Positions 1 to 10,342 of a stretch of 64,000 nt of DNA are shown piece after piece (the first letter of the stretch is position 1; each line of letters begins with the position of its first letter). A program made the position numbers and the translations under genes. The stretch is from IMG/VR virus record IMGVR_UViG_3300032135_000005, positions 29,764-93,763 of that record; one strand, given 5' to 3'. The notes beneath the pieces were generated by a model. It made no database searches. It saw nothing but the letters and a program-made list of their open reading frames with translations, and was not told the origin of the DNA. This DNA is from a virus (Duplodnaviria; Caudoviricetes).

Positions 1-1596
1 AGCATCACCTCTTGGATTAGGTTTAGGTGCAGGAAGTCCTTCAGCTTCAGCTTTTTTCTTTAACTCTTCAAATGAAAGTACTGGTGCTGTAGTTTCTTTT
101 TCATTTCCTTTTGCTGCTGGATCAGTTACATTAGCTTTGTACCATTCTGCTGTCTGAGGTTCTTTCCCGATAGCTTTAATTTTCTTAACATAATCTTCAT
201 AAGTATCCACAGCTTTAAATTCATTAGGTCCATTAACACTATTTTCAAATCCCAGGTAGTCTGGAACATAGAAATCTTTTGTTGCATTTCTAGCACTCTC
301 TTTAGTTACATTTCCATTTTCATCTTGCCATGTTGGATTACCATCAGCTTGAGGTGAACCTTTTTTGTACATTATATCTTTGTCTTCTAGTCTACCTGAA
401 CTTGCACCCACTACAATATCGTAAGGATGATCGCCATATTTTTGGTACTTATCATAGTATTTATCTACATAGTCTAACTGTTCTGATGCAGTCATACCTC
501 TAAGTTCTTTTGTTGTAGTACCTAACTCATTTGCAGTAGCCTCAACAAATTGAATTAATCCAGATGCTGTAGAACCTGATTTTGGGTTTTTAATTGAAGG
601 ATCTAAAGTATTAGAAGTTTCTAAATCGAATACCGCCATTAAATCACTAGGAGAGAACCCATATTTCTCACTCATAGAAATTACTTTATCTTTAACTCCA
701 GGTTGGGCTAAGAACTTATCCCACCTAGCTTTTCTTTTACTAGGAGTTGTAGTCATAACATCTTTAACTCCTTTTGCTGCAACCATCTTTTCTGAATCAG
801 CAGGCAATGCTTGTCTAATAGATTCTATCTTTTTCCAATCCCTAGTTCTTAATGCTTTATCTACAGCTAATCTTTTCTTCCCGGGCATAATAATATCTCC
901 ATCATTAGCTATATAGTCTTCACCCCCTTGAGCGTGAGATTTACCTCCTTTAAAGTCGGCTACCTTTTTATACACTCGTCCTATTTTTCTAAGAACTATC
1001 TCATTCTTTTCTACTTCAAACTGTTTAGTTCCTTGTACATCTTTTCTTCCTTGGGCCGCAGCTTGTGTTTGCTGAGGTTGAGTATCATTATTTGATATGG
1101 CTCCTATTTGAAGTCCCATATCAAATCTATTACGTTGGTTATTGGCATCTGCAAAATCAGGTTGCTTGAATGCATCTAGTCCAGCCATTACTCCACCCCC
1201 AACAGCTCCAACAGCTCCGCCTATAACAGTACCCCAAGGTCCAAAATTAGAACCAAGTTTAGCCCCAGCTGCAGCCATACCTACTATCTTACCTCCTGCA
1301 TTAACTTTATGAGTAGTTGCACCCTTATCGTCCATACGTTCAGTAGTACTTAATCCTATATCTTTAATAGCTGAAGCACCTTGACCTATTAACCCTGCAG
1401 AATCTCCTACAACACTTGCTCCTTTACCTACTTTTCCTGCAGTTTTGCCTATATCAGTGGTCTTCTTACCAAGCATATCATTAGACTTAGCATAATGAGC
1501 TGCAGCTCCCTGCATACCTGACGCTCCCATAACATCAAAAGGCTTGCTAGCATTTCTATCTATTCCTGCGTTGTAATCTATCTCTGGTAGTGGCAT
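1..1596 (-). CDS. Virion ejection/cargo protein with lytic transglycosylase (SLT/lysozyme-like) domain; 3' end runs off the window
   Basis: Not in the ORF track. I translated it from ATG at 1596 (MPLPEIDYNAG...) open to base 1. Gly/Ala-rich hydrophobic segment (GPWGTVIGGAVGAVGGG), GGKSHAQGG motif, and SLT-like motifs LMAVFDLETS...ASGLIQF...EQLDYV. Lies just downstream of the tail muzzle gene, where crAss-like phages keep cargo genes. Confidence 0.8.
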   Translation of the reverse strand, partial: MPLPEIDYNAGIDRNASKPFDVMGASGMQGAAAHYAKSNDMLGKKTTDIGKTAGKVGKGASVVGDSAGLIGQGASAIKDIGLSTTERMDDKGATTHKVNAGGKIVGMAAAGAKLGSNFGPWGTVIGGAVGAVGGGVMAGLDAFKQPDFADANNQRNRFDMGLQIGAISNNDTQPQQTQAAAQGRKDVQGTKQFEVEKNEIVLRKIGRVYKKVADFKGGKSHAQGGEDYIANDGDIIMPGKKRLAVDKALRTRDWKKIESIRQALPADSEKMVAAKGVKDVMTTTPSKRKARWDKFLAQPGVKDKVISMSEKYGFSPSDLMAVFDLETSNTLDPSIKNPKSGSTASGLIQFVEATANELGTTTKELRGMTASEQLDYVDKYYDKYQKYGDHPYDIVVGASSGRLEDKDIMYKKGSPQADGNPTWQDENGNVTKESARNATKDFYVPDYLGFENSVNGPNEFKAVDTYEDYVKKIKAIGKEPQTAEWYKANVTDPAAKGNEKETTAPVLSFEELKKKAEAEGLPAPKPNPRGDA

Positions 1597-1598
1597 AA

Positions 1599-4500
1599 TT
1601 ATCTAATGTTTTTGGATAACCCTACGGTTAAGTCGTAAAAGAACAACGGACCCTGAGTATTATCACTTGTTAATTTAATTTCCATATAGTTTCCTCTCAT
1701 CTTAGGCAACCATTTAGTAAGTTCTGCATCCCCTCTATGTTGTGCATGATTATTTAATGCAAAGATATTAACTTCTGGGTCTAATACAACATCTCTAGGA
1801 GTAGTAATTCTAAAGGTATCTTTAACTTTATCTGTAAGAACCTCCATTGGTACAGCTAGTTGAAATGCATTTGTCTTAGGTGTTATGTTTACAATCCCTG
1901 TGTATCGTTCCTCATTAAATACTTCTACCTGATTCCACGTACTAAAAGGAAGATTTAATCCTTCCTCTGTAGTTCTCTTGGTTAATACCTCAAAATTCCT
2001 AAATAATTTAGATACTGTTTCCTCTCCATTGGCCACTATTGTAATAGATGACTTATGTAGTTTACCATAATACTCACCTGTAACTCCTGCACTGTGTTTA
2101 AATACTCCGGTAGATCCTACGACAGAATTAATTTGATTAGAGTATAAATGTGGACCATGGCTAAAGAACCATCTTGGAACCCAAGTATGTCTGCTAGCAA
2201 ATATTCTACGTTCTAAGTTGTATGACCACATAGTAGAGCCAACCTTAATGAATACTCTTTCTCGAAGAGGTTCTGACCCAACTAGTATATTTCCATAAGT
2301 ATCACTTAATGCTTGAACATCTAATCTAACTGAACCATTTAAGTCTTGAGATATAACTCCAAGAGTCTCCTGCATTAAGAAGAACTTCCCTTGGCGTTTG
2401 TCTACGATGACCCTTCCCCAGACTGTATTAATTGCATGCAACCAGTGAGAAGTTCCAGCATATCCTCCATCTACTGTAGACATAGGAACAGCAGCTCTAT
2501 TAAATGCTCCTCCAGACCCTAGGGTAATCTCTCCTGCACTTGTAGCTTGCGTGGCTAACATATTATAGAACAACTTCCATTGCACTTGTGCTGTGCTCGC
2601 AAAGAGTTCTCTATTAACATATAAATCAGTTAATTCCCCGAACTCTTGAGGAACATCGTAGTAGTTGTTAGGAGCAAAGAGTTGATACGCATCAGACTTC
2701 TCTCCTTGAACAGCTTGAGATGAATATATTATTCTATTAACCAAAGAACCTTTACGCTCTGTATCTTCTAAAGGAGTCACTACAAAGGGTTTAATTGTTG
2801 GTTGGGTAGAGTATTGTGTATTGTACGTTTTACAATATCCTGGATGTAACCAGTTTGGAGACCCCATAGTCAGTAAACCAAAAGGAGTATCTACGTTAGC
2901 TAGTTGTTTGTAGTAAGGGTAGAAAGGTAGTGTGCTGGCAGCTCCAGTTATATTGTCTTCTGTATATGTTGTTGATTCTGTATAATGTCTGTAGTCATAG
3001 TTATTATCTGATTCTAACCAGAAGTATAACATTACATTCATATTGTTAGGTTTAATAAACTCTCTTCGTCTATCTCCTTGGTCGTCATTTTCTTGATATA
3101 CCCACGCAGATTCATCACTTAGTTTTAATCCATATTTAGAAATAAAGGTATCTCCATTGTATACGTTAACCGTTCCATTGAAGCTTTTCCAGTCCACATA
3201 ATCTACAAACATAGAAACCATCTGGTCTAAAGAACCGTATTGTTTAGTATTATGTCTAGTAAGTGTATGTATTACTAAATCACTTCTGAATCCATCTGGT
3301 TCTAAATACTTGCATCTCTCTCTCCATCTGTTAGTTTCTCCTTCATTAAAACACCAGTAGTAATATGGGTTAGCAATCTTTCCTTCAAATTTTATAGGAG
3401 CTGTCGGACTAGCCGTAGAGAACCAAGTAAATCCCTGTGAAGAAGCCATCTGAAGTTCTCGACTCCCTTTTTGAATAATAACATTCCTTTTACCTCCATC
3501 TTTAAATGACATATGAGGAACCCCGAAAGGTCTTATATCTTTTGGATTTGGCTCTAGTAGTACTTCACTATTATCAAAAGATAGGTCACTAATTCCTAGT
3601 ACATTATGGAAAGCCACATTAACCCTAGAAGGATCTTCTGGAGAATCATATATTCTATCATTACTATTTATATAGTAATCAAATTTAGCTGCATAAGGAT
3701 CAGACTTATATACTGAGTGCTGTTTAATATATGTAGCTAAAGCAGATGAGTATACATTATGAATAAGATCAGGTGCTACGAATGTAAAGTCGGTAAGGTC
3801 TGGAACAGAATCTAAACTACTAGTATCAAGATTATCATTTCCTTCTGTACCTACGGCTGTAAATCCATCTGCTAACATTGTAGTTCTTACATTATCAGGT
3901 AAATTATTAGTAGCTAAATCTATATTAGGTCTTACAATACCCTGTGCTAACTGAGTTTCTTGTCCTCTTTTATCAACTCTTCCTATAATGAACCCAGCAA
4001 TTTGTTCTTCGTACTGTACTTCAGAAGGGTCTAATACTATGTTAGTAAACTCTAGTCCTAAAACGCGAATAAAACAATTACCATTTTCAACATTTCCTTC
4101 TATAATAGGTTGCTGTTTAGCACTCGGCATTTTAAATAATCTAAGTCCTGTTCCAATAAGTCCTGTATACCTATCATCAGGATAAAGTTCTTCCGATATG
4201 TATGAACCAAGAACTCCCCCATCATTAGGATCGGTGTCCACCGTGGGAGAACCAGATGCAGGACCAGGTATATGTACCGTTGCACCATACACACCAGATT
4301 TAAACACTGGCGTAAGTGTGAATGTATATACTTCATCTCTTCTATATCCTTTGTAAAGAGCACAAGTAACAGGATCTTTGTAACCCTCGTTTGTAGGGTT
4401 CATACTCTCATCTGAAGTTTCTCTTAATTCAAAGTCACTTTCATCAATAATATTTGTCCTAGTATAAGATTGTCCCTCAAATCTAAGATTTTCTGTAAAA

Positions 4501-5525
4501 GGTATGCGTTTAACAGTATAATTAACTGTAATTCCCTGTGCTACTCTAAACCAATTAATATCAGGTTTCTCTGCTTCTATTGGTGCGCCTAGTAATAAAG
4601 TTCCATCCTTTTGAGCTAAGTATTTAGCAGATGCATAAGCTATTCCTGATGCTATGAACTCTTCTGTAGTAAGGTCTCCATTATCATCTGAAGCTCCTCT
4701 ATATGATGTAAGGACAGTAGACTGTCCATTAATCAATATCCTAGAAGACTTAGTAATTTTTTGTGCATTAGATAGTCCTATATAAGTAAGTACACCTAAT
4801 TCTATGTATTTAAAAGCTGTATCTACATTTTCAATTTTTAGAGTGATAGCTTTAGATGTTATTGTTTGTGTTGGGTCTCCTTTTATCCTATATCTAGAAC
4901 CATTAAGTGAAGCACTTACTATTGGTATAACTCCAGAGACAATGCCAAAAGGTGTAGAAGCTCCTGAATCAGTTACAAGTCTAGCAACAAACTGGTAAAC
5001 TCCTGATAGGAGTTCTCCTGAATTTGTCTCTCCTGTATACCTAACTCTAGGTAAATCATATTCTAAGAATAAAGATGTAACTTTATCAAAGTCTTCGTCA
5101 TCAGTAGGAAGTATTATATCATCTGGAGTTTTCCCAAGATTAATTCTACGAGAACCTGCGGGTGTACTAAAGTAAATTACTCTTTCTCCTGCCCAGTTCT
5201 TCTTACCTTCTACTTGAGTTGGGTCTGTAATACCAAGAACATCAACTCCAGCTCTAACAGGAACTTCTACATTCCATACGCCGTTTATATCTAAAGAACC
5301 TATGATACTTTTACTGTTAATTGTTCCTAATAGAATAGTTTCATCCCCAATAGCGCAAGAACCCCATTCAATAAAGTTAGCCGGTACATTAGTAGGTAAA
5401 TTCCCCTCGTCTGTACGTTTAGCTCTTCCTGCAACCCTCATATTTACTGCATCAGTATAGGCACCTGGTGGAGTATGTATAGGCTTGGTATTAGTAAAAA
5501 GTCCTTTAGTAAAATCCGTTTTCAT
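1599..5525 (-). CDS. Tail stabilization / muzzle protein (P22 gp10-like tail tubular protein B)
   Basis: 1308 aa; N-terminus FTKGL.T...P..PPGAYTDAVNMR and C-terminus KMRGNYMEIKL typical of crAss-like muzzle proteins; follows a ring protein gene. Confidence 0.8.
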   Translation of the reverse strand: MKTDFTKGLFTNTKPIHTPPGAYTDAVNMRVAGRAKRTDEGNLPTNVPANFIEWGSCAIGDETILLGTINSKSIIGSLDINGVWNVEVPVRAGVDVLGITDPTQVEGKKNWAGERVIYFSTPAGSRRINLGKTPDDIILPTDDEDFDKVTSLFLEYDLPRVRYTGETNSGELLSGVYQFVARLVTDSGASTPFGIVSGVIPIVSASLNGSRYRIKGDPTQTITSKAITLKIENVDTAFKYIELGVLTYIGLSNAQKITKSSRILINGQSTVLTSYRGASDDNGDLTTEEFIASGIAYASAKYLAQKDGTLLLGAPIEAEKPDINWFRVAQGITVNYTVKRIPFTENLRFEGQSYTRTNIIDESDFELRETSDESMNPTNEGYKDPVTCALYKGYRRDEVYTFTLTPVFKSGVYGATVHIPGPASGSPTVDTDPNDGGVLGSYISEELYPDDRYTGLIGTGLRLFKMPSAKQQPIIEGNVENGNCFIRVLGLEFTNIVLDPSEVQYEEQIAGFIIGRVDKRGQETQLAQGIVRPNIDLATNNLPDNVRTTMLADGFTAVGTEGNDNLDTSSLDSVPDLTDFTFVAPDLIHNVYSSALATYIKQHSVYKSDPYAAKFDYYINSNDRIYDSPEDPSRVNVAFHNVLGISDLSFDNSEVLLEPNPKDIRPFGVPHMSFKDGGKRNVIIQKGSRELQMASSQGFTWFSTASPTAPIKFEGKIANPYYYWCFNEGETNRWRERCKYLEPDGFRSDLVIHTLTRHNTKQYGSLDQMVSMFVDYVDWKSFNGTVNVYNGDTFISKYGLKLSDESAWVYQENDDQGDRRREFIKPNNMNVMLYFWLESDNNYDYRHYTESTTYTEDNITGAASTLPFYPYYKQLANVDTPFGLLTMGSPNWLHPGYCKTYNTQYSTQPTIKPFVVTPLEDTERKGSLVNRIIYSSQAVQGEKSDAYQLFAPNNYYDVPQEFGELTDLYVNRELFASTAQVQWKLFYNMLATQATSAGEITLGSGGAFNRAAVPMSTVDGGYAGTSHWLHAINTVWGRVIVDKRQGKFFLMQETLGVISQDLNGSVRLDVQALSDTYGNILVGSEPLRERVFIKVGSTMWSYNLERRIFASRHTWVPRWFFSHGPHLYSNQINSVVGSTGVFKHSAGVTGEYYGKLHKSSITIVANGEETVSKLFRNFEVLTKRTTEEGLNLPFSTWNQVEVFNEERYTGIVNITPKTNAFQLAVPMEVLTDKVKDTFRITTPRDVVLDPEVNIFALNNHAQHRGDAELTKWLPKMRGNYMEIKLTSDNTQGPLFFYDLTVGLSKNIR

Positions 5526-5541
5526 CGTGTCTTGAATTAAT

Positions 5542-6147
5542 CTAAGTTCTATCTAACGTGTTTGATTTACCTACTCCTGTGTAGTTGTTCAAATGTACGT
5601 CTTTTAAAGGATTCAGTCTAACAAAATCTTGGTAAGCCTTGTTAGTATCCTGTAGAGACATTACATTTAAGTACCCTCGAGCAGATTTACACCTCCAATG
5701 CCATTCAGCATCTGCGAATTGAAAGTTTACTGACCTTACTTCTCCTTGTAAAACAAGTATCTTTATCATATACCACATGATTGCAGCTCTTACTGGAGCA
5801 CTATCTGGTACTAAAATATACCCTCTGGAGTCAGTAGGCATAGCTTGATAAGCTAATTCTATCTCAGTTCCATCCGGATCATCTACTATAATAAATGGCC
5901 CACGTTCTATGTAAGATTTATTTATAGGAATTAGATGTTTAATGTTTTGTAAATCTTTTGGTAATGGTGCAAGAGAGCCAGTCACTGTAAGAGTTGCAAC
6001 TTGGTCGATATATATCTTTGCAGCTCCTATAAACTTAAGAGCTTCTGCGATATCCTCTACACATTCTTCAATATCATATTGCCATTCCTTTAATTTGAAG
6101 GTTCGTATGAGTTGATCTATAACTACTTCTACTGTATCGTAATTCAT
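5542..6147 (-). CDS. Tail ring / tubular protein (P22 gp4-like)
   Basis: 201 aa; IAEALKFIG...LPKDL...AYQAMPTDSRGYILVPD pattern; synteny with crAss-like tail module. Confidence 0.7.
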   Translation of the reverse strand: MNYDTVEVVIDQLIRTFKLKEWQYDIEECVEDIAEALKFIGAAKIYIDQVATLTVTGSLAPLPKDLQNIKHLIPINKSYIERGPFIIVDDPDGTEIELAYQAMPTDSRGYILVPDSAPVRAAIMWYMIKILVLQGEVRSVNFQFADAEWHWRCKSARGYLNVMSLQDTNKAYQDFVRLNPLKDVHLNNYTGVGKSNTLDRT

Positions 6148-6638
6148 GAGTTTAGTATTTGGTTCTTATAAGCTGCTCTAGCCCTTGATTTTTGGGTAAT
6201 TTGTGCCTTTTTAACATATTGTCTATGTCCACCAGGAGTTCGCATTACCTTCACAATTGCCAAAACTAATCTTCTACTTGGATCAAACTTCCATCCCCTA
6301 GAAGCTATCTTTGTATAATGTCGTGTCCATCCAACTTTAGCTATATAAAATCCTGAATGTACATTAGACTTTCTTATGACTTTACCTGCATCTCTAGATG
6401 CTTTGAAATCTACATAAGAAGTCTGCTTAACTTTTCTAATTCGTAAAGTAGCTAATCCACTATGGAGTTTAACATCTTTACCTGCCTGCAAATACTCTAT
6501 TACTTTTTGTCCCCAAGTATCTAAAATCAGTTTATGCTCCTTGTAACTTACAGGAACAACTTCTCGTTCTTTGCAGCGTTTCTTATAGAACTGATAAACC
6601 TGTAAAAGCGAATACTGACTTTTATCATATTTAGGCAC
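6144..6638 (-). CDS. IHF/HU-like DNA-binding protein of the crAss tail module
   Basis: Basic 164 aa with HU-like IEYLQAGKDVKLHSGLATLRIRK; position matches the conserved crAss IHF-like gene. Confidence 0.6.
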   Translation of the reverse strand: MPKYDKSQYSLLQVYQFYKKRCKEREVVPVSYKEHKLILDTWGQKVIEYLQAGKDVKLHSGLATLRIRKVKQTSYVDFKASRDAGKVIRKSNVHSGFYIAKVGWTRHYTKIASRGWKFDPSRRLVLAIVKVMRTPGGHRQYVKKAQITQKSRARAAYKNQILNS

Positions 6639-6913
6639 TACTTCTTTTTAGGTCGTTTCTTATAATTCTTTACAGAAAACGTATCGGTATTTTCTGTGTA
6701 CCCTCCGCCAGGTCTAAATGCATCTACTACAGCACCTAAATCTTTAGCTTGTTTAGCGTAAGCACTTCCACGTTTAACGGCCATATCGTAACCTGCAGTA
6801 CTTCTAACATGAACCGTATCTTTAGCTGCAATTCTAGGTGTTCCTTTTATTCCACTAGTAGCATTGATGGGATCATCTAGACTACTTCCTTTTTTCTTAA
6901 CTTGTTTTGCCAT
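6638..6913 (-). CDS. Hypothetical basic protein
   Basis: 91-aa ORF coupled in the operon. Confidence 0.55.
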   Translation of the reverse strand: MAKQVKKKGSSLDDPINATSGIKGTPRIAAKDTVHVRSTAGYDMAVKRGSAYAKQAKDLGAVVDAFRPGGGYTENTDTFSVKNYKKRPKKK

Positions 6914-6927
6914 GACTATATAAACTT

Positions 6928-7629
6928 TTATTTAGTAGATTTACCAAGCCCTTGTAGTGTATCTAACAATTGACTTTCATCTTTTTTATTTTTAGTAGCT
7001 TTTTGTAGAGCTTCAACTGCTTCATCTCCCCAACCCATATCGCCGGCCATAGCTATTTTATAAACAGTATCTGCATCCTTCAACGTTAATGGGTACTCCC
7101 AATCGAATGGACTTAAATACTTGTACCTTCCCATAGCCTGTTCAACTCTGTAGGGCTCATCAAATATACCTCTAACTCTTGCTTTTTGTAAGTTTGATAT
7201 TTCAGAATTAATCAGATAAATCTGCCCGTTTAGTAAGAACCATTTAGGAGAACTCGCTGTATACTTTCTATATAAAACTGTACGTAATTGAGAATAGGAT
7301 ATTTCTGTGTAACTCTCTTCTCCATCGGTAGACCCTATTGTAAATATACCTCCTCCTCCAGAGTAGGATATAAAATTAGGTACTTCCAATTTTAAAACTT
7401 TTGAGTTTCCTACTTGCCCAATTTCACTTTTTAAAGCATTAGTAGGTTTCACATCAACCACTTGAGACATCTGGACAATATTAACTTTGGCGTCCATTTT
7501 CTGAGAGGCTAACTTAGCTCGAGCTTCATCTAACATATACATAAGGTGTTGGTCAGTTGCATTCCACAAATAACTATGAGCCTCTTTTAGATTAGTTCGT
7601 AAATTGTATATTAACTCTTTGGCTTTCAT
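6928..7629 (-). CDS. Tail ring / head-tail connector protein
   Basis: 233 aa; KWFLLNGQIYL...RVRGIFDEP...DWEYPL pattern shared by crAss ring proteins; synteny. Confidence 0.65.
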   Translation of the reverse strand: MKAKELIYNLRTNLKEAHSYLWNATDQHLMYMLDEARAKLASQKMDAKVNIVQMSQVVDVKPTNALKSEIGQVGNSKVLKLEVPNFISYSGGGGIFTIGSTDGEESYTEISYSQLRTVLYRKYTASSPKWFLLNGQIYLINSEISNLQKARVRGIFDEPYRVEQAMGRYKYLSPFDWEYPLTLKDADTVYKIAMAGDMGWGDEAVEALQKATKNKKDESQLLDTLQGLGKSTK

Positions 7630-7642
7630 TTCGTAAAGGTAT

Positions 7643-7672
7643 AAAAAAAAGCCTGAACATTTGCTCAGGCTT
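7643..7672 (-). terminator. Intrinsic terminator after auxiliary capsid gene
   Basis: AAGCCTGA...TCAGGCTT stem with a T8 tract on the minus strand; followed by promoter-like TACCTTTA (7634-7641). Confidence 0.8.
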
Positions 7673-7700
7673 CTTATAATTAATTTTAACTAGTTAAATT

Positions 7701-8660
7701 CTAGGTATGTGCAGCTACTACTACAGGAACAATTCCGGCAGTGGCTAAATCAGTTTCAAGCAATGCTTGACCTGCAGCTGAAGTGGCTATAAGAGCTCCA
7801 ATAGGATTGGCTCTTAAACCTTGCATATCTCCTTCAAGCTCAATATCTGCACGAATTACTAATACTTCATAATCCGTAATTCCAGATACAATCTGAGATT
7901 GATATTTCCTAGCACTCCAAGTTCTTCTATCAGAATAACCTAAACGACCCATATGTTGTTCTTCCAACCAAGCTATTTTAGCAACATCTCCTTGACCTGC
8001 TTGAGCTTCAGTAGTAGGGTCTACAATTACATAAGTTCCAGTAGAACCCATAGTTTCTGGTCGAGCTATCTCAAACACAAGTGTTTCCGGTCTATTAATT
8101 CCATTATAATTACTTGCAGTTGTAATTGTAATTCCTGTGAAGGTTACAGTATCTGTTGCTGAAGTAACAGTTACAAATAAGTTATCTCCTGTTTGCAAAT
8201 TAAACTCTGCAGCAATAGCAGCAGCCCAGGCTGTTGGAGTTGCAGTGTTAGCTGCAGTAGCAACAAGACCTATAACAGACTGTTTGATTTGATTAGGTAT
8301 GATACTTAAATTATCATGATAAGCAACTTTAAAAATTGCAGTCTCGTCTACGGCGGGAACAGCAGTTACTTGTAGAGTTGATATCTGATTTACGGGAGCA
8401 GCATAAGGATTGTTATTAACAGTACGAATACCTGCTACAGGTATAGGTCCAGCTAAAATAGGTTCTCCTAAAGTTGCAGTACCTCTCGCAAAACCAATAT
8501 TGGTGGTATCTGCTGTTATAGAGTTGTCTGCTTCATTTGCTACATCAAAGTCGAAAGCAATAATTTGACCATCGGTTAAATCTTCTAGTGCTACAGCAGC
8601 TAGGGTAGTATTTGCAATTCCAGTTCCGACTAGCATTTTTGATACATAATTACGTGACAT
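7701..8660 (-). CDS. Auxiliary capsid / structural protein
   Basis: 319 aa Ala/Thr-rich; in the capsid operon and followed by a strong terminator. Confidence 0.6.
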   Translation of the reverse strand: MSRNYVSKMLVGTGIANTTLAAVALEDLTDGQIIAFDFDVANEADNSITADTTNIGFARGTATLGEPILAGPIPVAGIRTVNNNPYAAPVNQISTLQVTAVPAVDETAIFKVAYHDNLSIIPNQIKQSVIGLVATAANTATPTAWAAAIAAEFNLQTGDNLFVTVTSATDTVTFTGITITTASNYNGINRPETLVFEIARPETMGSTGTYVIVDPTTEAQAGQGDVAKIAWLEEQHMGRLGYSDRRTWSARKYQSQIVSGITDYEVLVIRADIELEGDMQGLRANPIGALIATSAAGQALLETDLATAGIVPVVVAAHT

Positions 8661-8691
8661 AATTTTTACATTTTAAATTAAACATTCATTC

Positions 8692-9303
8692 TTAAGATTT
8701 AGAAACTACAGGTTGTGAGTTAATCCTGCCTGATTCTAAATTTTCTAATATTAGTGTTACCGTTTTATCTTCCAGTTCTGTTAGAAAGGGATAGTCCAAT
8801 ACACTAGCCTCTGTAATTACTACTGGATATTTAAGATAATCATAGCGAGCTTTGGTAACCTTAAAGTCGCTTACCTCAAATTTGACTTCTTTATCTATTA
8901 ACCTATATATAGGAGTATCAGCGTAAGACTTTGTAAATAAATTGTCTTCTCTAGTAGAGTTCTCAGTATTATCCAAGAACCTTGTACCTACCCAATCTGC
9001 CTCCGCACCTATTGTTACATAAGCTTCTAAATCTTTAAATTTAAACACATCAACTGGTAAAGTAAATTTATTATTAGTAACAGTAACATTTTCCGTTACT
9101 CCATATAGATGAGCCAGATACGTCTTAGTAGCGAACTCATCTAATAATCTAGAGTATAATCCAAGATCAAATTCTAGTGTCAGAGCTTTCAATGCATCAT
9201 TAGCGAAAAATATAACTTCCTCGGGTCTAATATCCTCGTAAGAACTAGTTGCGATTCTATTAAGTTTAACCTCTACGTGACTTATGAATTCTGTTCCTGT
9301 CAT
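8692..9303 (-). CDS. Ring / head-completion protein
   Basis: 203 aa; EDIRPEEVIFFANDA and YDYLKYP motifs; crAss synteny. Confidence 0.55.
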   Translation of the reverse strand: MTGTEFISHVEVKLNRIATSSYEDIRPEEVIFFANDALKALTLEFDLGLYSRLLDEFATKTYLAHLYGVTENVTVTNNKFTLPVDVFKFKDLEAYVTIGAEADWVGTRFLDNTENSTREDNLFTKSYADTPIYRLIDKEVKFEVSDFKVTKARYDYLKYPVVITEASVLDYPFLTELEDKTVTLILENLESGRINSQPVVSKS

Positions 9304-10223
9304 TAGTCTTTTGCTTTAACTGGTTTTTTGTCTTCCGTTTTACCATTTTCTGTTTTCATAGCTTCTTTTAAGATAGCCATATCTCCAGACATTTTAGCTT
9401 TGATAATCTTCTGCAATACCTCATTTTTAGCTAAGTTCTCAGCGGCAGATTGTCTATCGTATCCTAAGATAACTTCACCGTGATAGATTGCTCCATCTTC
9501 CATTGTTAATACTGCAGCATCAAGTGCTTTAGATACTAACGATCTTGTAACTAAGAAACCATCATTAGCTCTTATTAAGAACTCTTCAGCATCAGTTTCA
9601 ATTTGCTCATCAATCTTATCAATGATAGAATTTACATTTGAAGCATCAACTAATATTCCGTATGTTGCAAGAATATTAACTTTAGTTTCTATGTCTAACT
9701 CTTCAGCCAAATTATAAGCTTTTTTCAATGATTTTCTTCCTGTTACTCTTCCTGCAGCTTCTTGGTCTTCAGAGAATATTACGTATTCTACTTTAGAATC
9801 TTGAGCTATATTAACTAACCCATCACATACTATTGACTGACCTAGCGCAAACAAGTATTTTAAAAGATCCATATTATCTCTTAAGTTCCAGGTTAATGCT
9901 TCTGAACCAATTCTTAGTTGGAAAGTATTCCAATAAGAAGAATTATTTTTTAAAGTTCCTTCAGTCAAATCAAGAAGTATTTCTAATGCTCTTCTTGTAC
10001 CTTGAACTTTCTTAGGCATCTTACTACCTATTGTTGGTTCTTTATAATCTTCCGTTAATCCGGTTGCTGGAAACCCATTCTTATCTAGACTTGCGCCTAA
10101 CAAAGTATAAGCTTCATCATATTTTTTTAATTTAATTAAAGGATCAGAGTAAATTTGTTTAAAATTAACTACTGCATCTCTGTTGAATCCTTCTAATGTT
10201 GTAATTTTTGTTCGCTTACTCAT
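9303..10223 (-). CDS. Conserved crAss-like protein directly downstream of the MCP gene
   Basis: 306 aa; position next to MCP is conserved in crAss-like phages; function unknown. Confidence 0.55.
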   Translation of the reverse strand: MSKRTKITTLEGFNRDAVVNFKQIYSDPLIKLKKYDEAYTLLGASLDKNGFPATGLTEDYKEPTIGSKMPKKVQGTRRALEILLDLTEGTLKNNSSYWNTFQLRIGSEALTWNLRDNMDLLKYLFALGQSIVCDGLVNIAQDSKVEYVIFSEDQEAAGRVTGRKSLKKAYNLAEELDIETKVNILATYGILVDASNVNSIIDKIDEQIETDAEEFLIRANDGFLVTRSLVSKALDAAVLTMEDGAIYHGEVILGYDRQSAAENLAKNEVLQKIIKAKMSGDMAILKEAMKTENGKTEDKKPVKAKD

Positions 10224-10270
10224 ATATATTTGTCTTTTGTTGTTACTAAAGATTTGAAATTTTTATGAAT

Positions 10271-10306
10271 GTTATAAGAGGGCAGGTTACCCACCCTCTT
10301 AATAAC
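10271..10306 (-). terminator. Stable hairpin after the MCP gene (terminator/processing site)
   Basis: TAAGAGGGCAGG / CCACCCTCTTA inverted repeat; weak U-tract. Confidence 0.55.
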
Positions 10307-10342
10307 AACAAAGGATATTTCAATCCCTGACAAAATTATACA

